Of a DNA stretch of 64,000 nt, positions 18,161 to 26,536 are shown piece by piece. Position 1 is the first letter of the stretch, and each line of letters starts with the position of its first letter. The translations under genes and the position numbers were made by a program. The notes below the pieces were generated by a model, which was not told the DNA's origin, did not search any database, and worked only from the letters and a program-made list of their open reading frames with translations. Source of the stretch: Candidatus Saccharimonadota bacterium (lineage in GTDB: Bacteria > Patescibacteriota > Saccharimonadia > Saccharimonadales > OFTM59); assembly GCA_029260855.1 (NCBI GenBank), contig JAJDCK010000011.1:11978-75977 (forward strand), given 5' to 3'.

Positions 18161-19219
18161 CTACGGAATCCAGCGCTGGTTAAGGCCGCCGTGGCAATCC
18201 CAAACAATAATTTGTGTTCCGTTTGCTGTTCCTGGGCCAGCGGCGTCAAGGCAACGACCACTAGCGTGTGAAGCAAGAAGCGTGCCGGTACTGTCATCGC
18301 TGCCACCCCATTTCTGGTTTGCCCCGCCGTGGCAATCATAAATCTCAACAGGTGACCTGTTGTGTCCGCCAAATGCCGCGTCTACATCTAAACACTTACC
18401 GCTATGAACTGAGCGCAGCATCCCGCCACTTGCTACCCACTGCTGGTTTGCCCCGCCGTGGCAATCCCATAAGATAACCTGGGTGCCGTTTACGGTGCCC
18501 CAGCCTGAGACGTCAAGGCAACGATTGCCTGCACCAGCCGTTCTTATACGAAACCCCTGGACCTGTGCTGAAGCACTGCCGCTTCCCGGCTGCCCTGCTG
18601 CGCCTGAACTGCTCGTACCCGGGCTGCTGGTTCCCTGCGAACCACTAGTTCCGGTTCCATTACTGCCACTTGAACCGCTGCAACCACTACCTACGCAACT
18701 GCCGCTTCCACCCGCACCGCCAGCTCCGCCGTTTGACGCTTGCTGACCTGCTTGGCCGTTGTTGCCGCCACCGGTTCCGCCCTGAGTGGCACTTTCGTTG
18801 CTAGTCGAACTTTGTTGCTCAGAAGTTTTCAGTGCTTTTAATGCAACTTTGTGACGCGCTTTCATGGCGTCTTCTTCGGCTTCGTTATTGTCTTTCAATA
18901 CCTTGAGTTCATCTTCACAAATGTCTTCCTGACGGCCTGACATGGCGTCACACTGATCATCCTTGGTGTCTTCGGCTACTTCATGCCTGTCCTTTAGCGC
19001 CCTTAGTTCAGCCTTTTGTGTGTCCTTAAGGTTTTTGACAGCTGGGCTCACAGCAAACGAGGGTACAATCAATAAAGTGGCCACAATAGCAAACGCAACG
19101 ATGAACAACCATTTTCTTTGCTGACGGCTAGTAGCAACCTTTTTGGAGCGAGACGACCCAGTACGGTTGTTTGGTTTAGTATTTCTTTTTGCAGTAGTTT
19201 TCTTAGCGGTTTTTGCCAT
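18161..19219 (-). CDS. Membrane-anchored/secreted protein: charged coiled region + Gly/Ser linker + C-terminal ricin B-type (QxW)3 lectin domain
   Basis: Basic N-terminus plus TM (WLFIVAFAIVATLLIV). There are three repeats of CLD...G..V...DCHGG(A/L)NQ(Q/K/R)W. Confidence 0.8.
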   Translation of the reverse strand: MAKTAKKTTAKRNTKPNNRTGSSRSKKVATSRQQRKWLFIVAFAIVATLLIVPSFAVSPAVKNLKDTQKAELRALKDRHEVAEDTKDDQCDAMSGRQEDICEDELKVLKDNNEAEEDAMKARHKVALKALKTSEQQSSTSNESATQGGTGGGNNGQAGQQASNGGAGGAGGSGSCVGSGCSGSSGSNGTGTSGSQGTSSPGTSSSGAAGQPGSGSASAQVQGFRIRTAGAGNRCLDVSGWGTVNGTQVILWDCHGGANQQWVASGGMLRSVHSGKCLDVDAAFGGHNRSPVEIYDCHGGANQKWGGSDDSTGTLLASHASGRCLDAAGPGTANGTQIIVWDCHGGLNQRWIP

Positions 19220-19292
19220 TTAAAAGCCTTTTTATATTACTTATTAGATATTCTTATATAAGTATATAGATGCTTATGCTTAAAGTGTCAAG

Positions 19293-20437
19293 CTAAAGAA
19301 GGCCACTAGCTAACTCCTCGGAGCCACTGCTAAAGTTAGCTATAGTAACATCGCTGTCTAATGGCAGCTGAACAGGAGTTTGTGATTGTGCATGTTTAAG
19401 GTCGGCTGCTAGGTGTTTTTTCGTATACTCACGGTCATTCACGGCGGCCCTATTAGCAACAGTGCTCTGAGCTAACAATACGTTAGTAATTTTACCGTTT
19501 TCGTCGAGTATATAAGCCGTAGCACCGCTGGACCCTGCAAATGGCACGTACGATCTGACACCTTTAACCCACACTCTTTCTTCGCCGTACCCTTTCACGT
19601 CTGTTCCCGGCCCTAAATACACGCCGTGATAAATATTCAATTGTTGATTAGAGTCTACTCTCACTACTAACGCTTGCGACCCAGGCATGGGAGCTTCGCT
19701 ACCTAGTTGGGTTGGCTCAACCTCATCAAGGGCAGGCGATGCGTTCTTAGGCTCTACTAGAAGTAAATCGGCTTTCATGCTGCCTGCGTTTGCGATCATG
19801 GCGCCAGCTTCAGCCACTGGCTGTGTTGGGCTGCCACCCGGCTGGGTAAAGACTATATCCCACTGGGAAGCTTCAGCTAAATTCACTGGCCTTACTGCGA
19901 CATCCGGGCTATCAAACCTATCTAAAAGGCCTGTTGTTTTGCCGGCTTCATCCCTATCAAGGCAGTGGAAGGCGGTGCTGAATACGTTTTGGCTATCACC
20001 CTTTTCGTCGGTAATACGAATGTAGTTGCTAGACAATATGGCGCGTATGCTTCACTTGAGCCTTTTTGCTTCCGCCACAGAACGAAAGTGCTCTGTTTCA
20101 GTTTATCCTCCGGGGTCAGCACTTCTACGCCCTTTTCACGCTGTTCCTTGTTATCTTCTACATGCTTTAGCCCAATATCCGTTAGCGCATCTTCAACAGT
20201 TGTGGTGTAGCCGTTACCTGGGTCAGATAATTCACCAGTATCTATATCACCGCCAGGGTGTGCGGCAGGCTTTTCGCCGCTAAAAGCTTGTACTAAGGGG
20301 TTCATAGAAGCTGCCAATGCAAGCACCAGAGCTATCTGCCCAAGCCGACTCCTTAGGAAACCTGGCTGATGAGGGTTTTGTTGTCTTTCTACTGTTTGTG
20401 GATCGGACATTTGTGTTTCGCCGTCTGTGGCTGTCAT
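19293..20437 (-). pseudogene. Secreted trypsin-like serine protease split into two overlapping frames (19922-20437 signal/N-terminal part; 19293-20051 protease part)
   Basis: The upstream ORF has a signal-like IALVLALAASMNPLVQA. The downstream frame has STAFHCL (His motif) and FAGSSGATAY (Ser motif) but no signal peptide. The two frames overlap at 19922-20051. Confidence 0.5.
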
Positions 20438-20491
20438 GCTAGTATGATAGCATAAGCATGTTGTTATGTCAAATCTGTTATGTGGGTAATT

Positions 20492-22744
20492 TTACCAGGT
20501 GCCCCACTTTTGATTTTTGGCCCCACTGACACAATCCCAGACCTGGAGGTTGGCGCCATTATCTATTTTGTTGTCTTTTACGTCTAAACACCTGCCAGTA
20601 GCAGCCGACCTGATCGTTCCGTCGCTGTTCCACTGCCATCTTTGATGAGAGCCACCGTTACAGTCGTAAATTTGTACATCAGTACCGTTCTTGGTCTTGC
20701 CTCCTTCAACCTCCAAACATAATCCGCTGGCGGCAAGTCGTATAGTTCCATCGGTAGCAAGCCCCCACTTCTGGTTGGTGCCACCGTGACAGTCCCAGAT
20801 CTGTGTGTCTTTACCTGCCTTGATGCCGTCCGCATCCATACATCGGCCGCTGGCGTGACTCCTGATTACATACTGTGCAACTGCGGGGGGTTTATCTGTA
20901 GACGAGGCTGCGCTTGTGGTTGTAGTTTTTCCGTCAGGAGTAGTTGTGGTACAAGTGCCGTTCTTGCAAGACGTCTTAGTAGAGCCACTATAGCTACTGC
21001 CTTGGGATTGACCACCTATAGAGACTCCGCCCTGTGAACCCTTGGAGCCTTGCTGGCCACTTGTGCCTGAGGTGCCCGATGAGCCCTGCGCGCCTGATGC
21101 TCCTGGTGAACCAGGGGAACCTTGGGTAGCAGTACCTGGATTACTTGTTCCTGGTTGGCCTGGGGTGCTTGTTCCTGATTGACCAGGCTTACAGCCCCCG
21201 GTACAAGCGCCTGAGCCACCGGCTCCTCCATCACCACCCACCGTGTTGTTGCCAGTAGCTGTACCACCAGCACCACCTTGACCACCGGTCCCTTGCCCGA
21301 TGCTAGCCCCTGCTTGACCAGGTGTTCCCGGTTGAGGAGGTTTTACAATAATTGCATTTGGATCATAATCACCCCCTATCCCGCCTGGGCGAGGTACGAC
21401 TTTTGGTCCTAGATCAGCAACCGCGCCTGTGTCTAGAGGGTCGACATTGAGGAACATTTTATCGTGCATAACAACCCACATATCACGGGTAACAACCCCG
21501 CTACAGCCGGAATAGGTTGCTGCGGTACATTTTGCTGTACTAAACAAATCTTTATTTTCAAATTTAAACTTCTTTACAGCTAATTCTGTACCTAGGCCAA
21601 AAATTCCGTCAATGCGTGTTTCGCGGTCAGGTCCAAGCTCAGGGCCGTAACCAAGATCTTGCAGATGGGCTTGTATGTGTTCAACGCATAAACCTTTTTC
21701 ACCCCTCTTCCACTCTTCTCTGTGACACTCCACTTGGGTTACTATCGTAGGAGGCGGACCACCTGTGACTGGCGTACTTGAGCCACCACCCCCACAACTA
21801 CGATAATGGGGTGCTGGGTCTTGTAGTATATTGCCCTTTCTCATTTCAAAATGTAAGTGAGAACCCGTGACAGCGCCACTAGAATCAGTGTAGCCTAGAA
21901 GTTGACCGGCTGTCACGTTAGGATTAGCGAGAACTTTTGGATTTATCCGCAGTAAGTGTGCGTATTTAAAGTTATAGCTGCTACCGTTTAAGTCTATCTG
22001 GAGACCGTATCCGCTCGTATCGCTCACCCTGCCTGATATAGAAACTCTACCGCTCTGCGCAGCATATATGCCGTCGCCATCTCCAGCAGCTATATCAATC
22101 CCGTGGTGCGCTTTTTTACTACCAGTTATGGGATGTGGCCTAGGATCGGTGTGAAAAACCCTGGTAATTCCACGAGACTTGCTGATTGGACAGTGTATGG
22201 ATGCGTTGACGCTGGCGATTACTAAAGGCGCTTCGTCACCGAACGACGGTCCATTTTTGAGACTGCCCCCAGGATATGCCCAGCAAGCTACACTCGCTGG
22301 ATCCGCTATCCAATGACTCTTCCCTGATCCATTGTTGAAAATTTCTGCAAATCTCGCATCTTGAACATCCCTTGGGGCACTTTTAGCGGTAGGATATCCA
22401 CGATAGTTACCCCATGTACCATTTATAAACTGGTAAGCGCCACTCGCGGTTGAGAATGAGCTTTGAGCTGTATAATCTTCACTGCCGTAGGTACCATCAC
22501 CGCTTTCGCAAGCCCGAATTCGAGGTGCCATAAAGCCGGTGTTATTGTTCGCGGCGTGGCTAGTATCACTAGAGGCATAGCTTGTTATAAGCATAACCGT
22601 GCCGACAACTGCAAAGCCTGTCACAAAAAGAATCATAACCTGTTTTTTGTCTCGTAATTTAAAAACTCTTTTCATGAGACCCCTGGAAGCCGGTGGCCTT
22701 ACGTATGATTTCTTGGCAGAAGTTTTTTTACCCATTTGATTCAT
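20492..22744 (-). CDS. Multidomain cell-wall hydrolase/lectin: TM anchor, Rpf-like transglycosylase domain, M23 peptidase, PG_binding_1 domain, Gly-rich linker, ricin B lectin
   Basis: ACESGDG...GAYQF..TW (transglycosylase-like); HHGID...GSHLHFE (M23 HxxxD/HxH); LQDLGYGP...DGIFGLGTELAVKKF (PG binding); three C..D....(W/Y)DC.(G/S)G..Q(K/R)W lectin repeats at the C-terminus. Confidence 0.85.
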   Translation of the reverse strand: MNQMGKKTSAKKSYVRPPASRGLMKRVFKLRDKKQVMILFVTGFAVVGTVMLITSYASSDTSHAANNNTGFMAPRIRACESGDGTYGSEDYTAQSSFSTASGAYQFINGTWGNYRGYPTAKSAPRDVQDARFAEIFNNGSGKSHWIADPASVACWAYPGGSLKNGPSFGDEAPLVIASVNASIHCPISKSRGITRVFHTDPRPHPITGSKKAHHGIDIAAGDGDGIYAAQSGRVSISGRVSDTSGYGLQIDLNGSSYNFKYAHLLRINPKVLANPNVTAGQLLGYTDSSGAVTGSHLHFEMRKGNILQDPAPHYRSCGGGGSSTPVTGGPPPTIVTQVECHREEWKRGEKGLCVEHIQAHLQDLGYGPELGPDRETRIDGIFGLGTELAVKKFKFENKDLFSTAKCTAATYSGCSGVVTRDMWVVMHDKMFLNVDPLDTGAVADLGPKVVPRPGGIGGDYDPNAIIVKPPQPGTPGQAGASIGQGTGGQGGAGGTATGNNTVGGDGGAGGSGACTGGCKPGQSGTSTPGQPGTSNPGTATQGSPGSPGASGAQGSSGTSGTSGQQGSKGSQGGVSIGGQSQGSSYSGSTKTSCKNGTCTTTTPDGKTTTTSAASSTDKPPAVAQYVIRSHASGRCMDADGIKAGKDTQIWDCHGGTNQKWGLATDGTIRLAASGLCLEVEGGKTKNGTDVQIYDCNGGSHQRWQWNSDGTIRSAATGRCLDVKDNKIDNGANLQVWDCVSGAKNQKWGTW

Positions 22745-22788
22745 ATCAATCTCGGTTTACGTTTATCATGTTCTTTAAGTATCCTGTT

Positions 22789-23430
22789 TTACTCATCATG
22801 ACCATGGGCCTCTTCTGGCACCTCTGGATACCCAAACTCTTCATCGCAACAATAGTCTATAGCATCAGGATCTTCAATTACTTGATCTAACTGGAATCTG
22901 TTTATCTCTTCATTAGTTGGGTTCTTGGGAACAGGTAAACATGGAGCCCCTTTGATGGTGCCTGCTGGTTTCCAGCATTCCATAGTACTTTTCCATCGAG
23001 TACTACCGGTGGCGGGATCGTTCCAGTCGGTGGTAAACTTATCGTTTTGCACAACTGCGGGAGCTAGTCGAGCTTCACTAAAGCCACCAAAATTATTCCA
23101 TTCCTTTATATTATAATTAAAAGCCCCGCTGCGTGAACCTTCTCCCTTTGCCTCATAATCCCCTTGGCCCCATATACCCTGACCGGTTTCACACGCGATA
23201 ACTCTAACAATCCAGTAGTCTGCATTGCCGAAATAACGTGGCTTAGCGGCTGCGAACGAAGAAGTGACTAAATAGGTACCGATAAGAGCAACTCCTATCA
23301 CAAAAATTAACTTAACTCTTTGCTTACCGTTTCTATTCATTCCGCGGAACCAGTTTTTGATAAAGCCTCGTTGATTATTGCTCCGGCTAGTCGCTCTTGT
23401 GTTGCTCCGCTTCAGTGTTTTCTTTTTCAT
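22789..23430 (-). CDS. Membrane-anchored protein with divergent Rpf-like transglycosylase domain
   Basis: Basic N-terminus plus TM; IACETGQG...SGAFNYNIKEW. Confidence 0.6.
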   Translation of the reverse strand: MKKKTLKRSNTRATSRSNNQRGFIKNWFRGMNRNGKQRVKLIFVIGVALIGTYLVTSSFAAAKPRYFGNADYWIVRVIACETGQGIWGQGDYEAKGEGSRSGAFNYNIKEWNNFGGFSEARLAPAVVQNDKFTTDWNDPATGSTRWKSTMECWKPAGTIKGAPCLPVPKNPTNEEINRFQLDQVIEDPDAIDYCCDEEFGYPEVPEEAHGHDE

Positions 23431-23441
23431 AATTTTTAGGC

Positions 23442-24035
23442 TTACTCTGCTTCCTGTTCATAGGCGCAGGAGCTACCTAGACCTAGTTCACTCGCGCTAG
23501 GTGCGGGAGTCTGGGCAACAGGAGTTTTGTCGTTGCTAGGTGCCGGCGATTGCGCAGGAGCTATTGATTGATTTTGGGGGGTAGTCGGTTTTTCTGATTG
23601 ATTGGCCTGATCGGGCGCGTCAGATTCTTCCGCAGCAGCAGACTGTGTGTTGACATCACCGAACAGTGATGAGTCAGGTAGGGTCAGTTTGACCTCTTCT
23701 GGAGGAGCAGGCAAGTTGACGGGTTGTATCCATTCTGGGTTGTCTTTTTTTCTACTAACTATGAAGTTGAGACGGCTAAACGTATCGTTTACTCTTAGCC
23801 CAACGCGCTCGCGGAGGCTGTCGCCTCGTGAATCAAGTGTTTTTCGGTCTAAATTTTCTCCGTAATTAACTGGCGCGAATGCAGTCACGACTAGATAAAT
23901 ACCAATCAACCCTAAGGCAAACACCAGAACTGAAGCAAGCTGTGATTTACGTGAATGCCGTAGGCGTAGTATGAACTTTTCAGATACACTGTTTTGTTGC
24001 TTGGCCATTCTTTTCCTGGTAGTTTTCTTTTTCAT
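23442..24035 (-). CDS. Membrane-anchored protein with Pro/Ala/Gln/Ser-rich tail
   Basis: Basic N-terminus plus TM (LASVLVFALGLIGIYLVVTAFA), then a low-complexity C-terminal half. Confidence 0.6.
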   Translation of the reverse strand: MKKKTTRKRMAKQQNSVSEKFILRLRHSRKSQLASVLVFALGLIGIYLVVTAFAPVNYGENLDRKTLDSRGDSLRERVGLRVNDTFSRLNFIVSRKKDNPEWIQPVNLPAPPEEVKLTLPDSSLFGDVNTQSAAAEESDAPDQANQSEKPTTPQNQSIAPAQSPAPSNDKTPVAQTPAPSASELGLGSSCAYEQEAE

Positions 24036-24135
24036 ACGTACAAACTGTCCCTGTGGTAGTTTGTTATTTTTAACGAGCCTGTGTTCAGTTGTACGCGCTT
24101 ATGTTTTATATGTCAAGGTTGGAAGAAGTGAGGTG

Positions 24136-24591
24136 CTAGCGACTTATAGAACCGCTCGGGGCACTAGGTGCGCTTGGAGAAGTCGACGACCCTGACTGCC
24201 CTGGAACACTTGGAGAGCCGGATGTACCCGGGGTGCCTGGTGCGCTTGAGCCGGGTGCGCCGCTACCAGGAGCACCCGAAGAGCCGGTACCTGGACTACC
24301 AGAGCTACCCCCGCAGCCACTGCCGGTACAACTGCTGCTACCACCCGCGCCACCCGCACCTCCGTTAGCCCCAGGCTGACCAGAACTGCCATTATTAGAG
24401 TTCGGGGGACACAAGCTAGCAGCCAATACGCTTACTACAAAGTACAAGCCAATTAGTGCAAAAGTGGCTACAAAAAGTGCTTTTCTGGGTGAATTTTTAA
24501 GGTTTGCGATAAAACTCATCGTACCTTTTCCTGGTCTTTTAGAGGTTTTACTACGATTAGGTGCTGCTTTTCTTATAGTTTTTTTAGTCAT
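24136..24591 (-). CDS. Membrane-anchored Gly/Ser/Pro-rich protein
   Basis: Basic N-terminus plus TM; NGGAGGAGGSSSCTGSGCGGSSGS motif is shared with the 18161 and 20492 genes. Confidence 0.6.
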   Translation of the reverse strand: MTKKTIRKAAPNRSKTSKRPGKGTMSFIANLKNSPRKALFVATFALIGLYFVVSVLAASLCPPNSNNGSSGQPGANGGAGGAGGSSSCTGSGCGGSSGSPGTGSSGAPGSGAPGSSAPGTPGTSGSPSVPGQSGSSTSPSAPSAPSGSISR

Positions 24592-24592
24592 T

Positions 24593-25366
24593 TTATAGCC
24601 CCAACCAGCCAGATACCCTAGTGTTAAATGTCTGAACTACGGCCAGCACCCCTCCGGTCTTGGGGCAAAAGATACTGCTATCGCCAGTACCACTTGTCGT
24701 GCTGGAGCTACCACCGGTACCAGCAGAGTCACTGTCGCTTGATCCTTGATTGCTTGAGCCAGAGTTGCTGCTACCAGAGCTGCCGCTAACGCCCGTGCCG
24801 AATTGTCCGGACTGTCCTGTGCCCGTGCCAAGCCCGCCTACACCACCCTGACCGCCACCTGTTCCACTTCCCGCTTGACCGGCTGGTCCGCTTGAACCGG
24901 CGCTATCACTAGAGCCCTGCCCGGTTTGGCCGCTTGCTGTCGTACCAGCTGAGCCGCTTGATCCTTGATTGCTTGAGCCAGGGTTGCTGCTACCAGCGCT
25001 GCCGCTAGCGCCCGTGCCGTCGCTGCCCACCGCACCGCTGCCAGTCCCTATGCCATCCGCACCATCCTGCCCGTTCGCGTCCGTTTGTGATGCACCAGTG
25101 TTTTGGTTAATACCAGCTAAGCTGTTGAAGAAACCACCTACGCGTTCTTGAAACGTAAGGTTTTGGTCTGCGTCACCCCCTATCAATGTATTGCCGCGAC
25201 TTGCTGAACGGTAAGCTGACACTGAAGAAGCTATTAGGTAGAATCCAACCACAGCTACTGTAAGCATGATCAATGGAGCCTTGCTACTGGAGCCTCGCCA
25301 GTTGTCTAGCAAACTTTTTGAGCTAGTGGGGTTTTTTGTTGTCTTGCGTATGTTTGTGTTTTTCAT
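24593..25366 (-). CDS. Membrane-anchored Gly/Ser-rich protein with internal duplication
   Basis: Basic N-terminus plus TM. A 65-nt near-identical repeat lies at 24736-24800 and 24955-25019 (period 219 nt). Confidence 0.6.
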   Translation of the reverse strand: MKNTNIRKTTKNPTSSKSLLDNWRGSSSKAPLIMLTVAVVGFYLIASSVSAYRSASRGNTLIGGDADQNLTFQERVGGFFNSLAGINQNTGASQTDANGQDGADGIGTGSGAVGSDGTGASGSAGSSNPGSSNQGSSGSAGTTASGQTGQGSSDSAGSSGPAGQAGSGTGGGQGGVGGLGTGTGQSGQFGTGVSGSSGSSNSGSSNQGSSDSDSAGTGGSSSTTSGTGDSSIFCPKTGGVLAVVQTFNTRVSGWLGL

Positions 25367-25388
25367 TTATCCCAATACCGCCCTGAGG

Positions 25389-25994
25389 TTATTGGCACGA
25401 ATTACCGTTACTGCCGGAGGTGCCACTTGCGCCATTACTACCGCCAGCACCCCCCGAGGCACCCGCGCTACTACTACTGTTACTACCGCTGCCGCTTGCA
25501 CCCGAGCTGCCGGTACCGCTTGAGCCGTTGCTGCCGGAGCTACTACCAGACCCTGGAGCACCATCATGTCCTTGGTTGTTTATGTGTGTAGCGACAGTGC
25601 TAACTCCACACACATTACTTTGCGCTTTGTTTTGTCTCTTAAATGAGTCTTTCAGATTGTCATAGACGTCATCATTGCGGTTTTTCAGGTCTTTCAACTG
25701 GTCCTTACAGGTCCTCTCGGCTGCCCGGTTTTCAATTTGTTTACATTGAGCTTTCTTAGCGTCTTCGGTATTCTCATGCTGTTGCTTGAGGATTGTAAGC
25801 TGGCTTTTTTGGGCGTTAGTTAGAGAAGCTGCTTCCGAGGTTACGGCCAAAATGCTGCCGAGCGCTGCAAAAAGCAGCACCAAAACTAATATGCGTTGTT
25901 TGCTGGATAAAGCCCGGAGTTTGCCCATTATCCCCTGGGCGGGTTTACTAGCTGCTCTAGTTTTTCGGGCGGTTGAAACTTTTGATTTTGGCAT
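25389..25994 (-). CDS. Membrane-anchored protein: charged Cys-containing helical region + Gly/Ser tail; paralogue of the N-terminal half of 18161-19219
   Basis: LTILKQQHENTEDAKKAQCKQIENRAAERTCKDQLKDLKNRND compares with LRALKDRHEVAEDTKDDQCDAMSGRQEDICEDELKVLKDNNE. Confidence 0.6.
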   Translation of the reverse strand: MPKSKVSTARKTRAASKPAQGIMGKLRALSSKQRILVLVLLFAALGSILAVTSEAASLTNAQKSQLTILKQQHENTEDAKKAQCKQIENRAAERTCKDQLKDLKNRNDDVYDNLKDSFKRQNKAQSNVCGVSTVATHINNQGHDGAPGSGSSSGSNGSSGTGSSGASGSGSNSSSSAGASGGAGGSNGASGTSGSNGNSCQ

Positions 25995-26113
25995 TATATT
26001 TCCCTTATTTTTGTTTTTGTTAACTTACCGTATAAACATAAGCTTATTCCGAATATACCTACTGTGTCAACTCAATAGCTCGCATTTTATAACCGGACTA
26101 GGTAGGTTGCTTG

Positions 26114-26536
26114 CTAAATTGATTTACAGGTTTTAATGCCATTTTTAGTTGTGCAGACAGTCCCTGTAGCAGGAGCGCCGGGAGCACTTGGTGCACTAGG
26201 AGCGCTTGATTTCCCTGGTGCGCCGGGAGCACTGGAACTGCCGTCCGCACCACGACTACCAGGCGCAGTTTTGACATCTTCACCTTGGCCAGGCGCACCT
26301 GGCTGGCCGACGGCATCTTTGCCTGGTGTACCGTTACAATTGTTGTTATTATTGCTGCTGGCAACGCAGGTGTTGTCCGTACCGGTGGCTCCGTCTGCTC
26401 CCTTACTATTCAGTCCTTCGGGTGGAGGGCATAGTGCAAGCGCGCCAATCACTAGTAGCGTACCGGCCGCCGCAAAGGTCAGGATGAATAATGCTTTCTT
26501 GGGTGAGCGCTTTATCCAGACCCCTAAACGCTGCAT
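26114..26536 (-). CDS. Membrane-anchored Gly/Pro/Ser/Ala-rich Cys-containing protein
   Basis: TM (ALFILTFAAAGTLLVIGALALC), low-complexity body, and a C-terminal CTTKNGIKTC motif. The start overlaps the ymdB stop by 13 nt. Confidence 0.55.
   Translation of the reverse strand: MQRLGVWIKRSPKKALFILTFAAAGTLLVIGALALCPPPEGLNSKGADGATGTDNTCVASSNNNNNCNGTPGKDAVGQPGAPGQGEDVKTAPGSRGADGSSSAPGAPGKSSAPSAPSAPGAPATGTVCTTKNGIKTCKSI

Noticed and set aside
19922-20051. Programmed -1 ribosomal frameshifting as the explanation for the split protease.
   Set aside because: There is no X-XXY-YYZ slippery heptamer in the 130-nt overlap. The only A5 run (20064-20068) lies upstream of the TGA (20052-20054) that closes the target frame.
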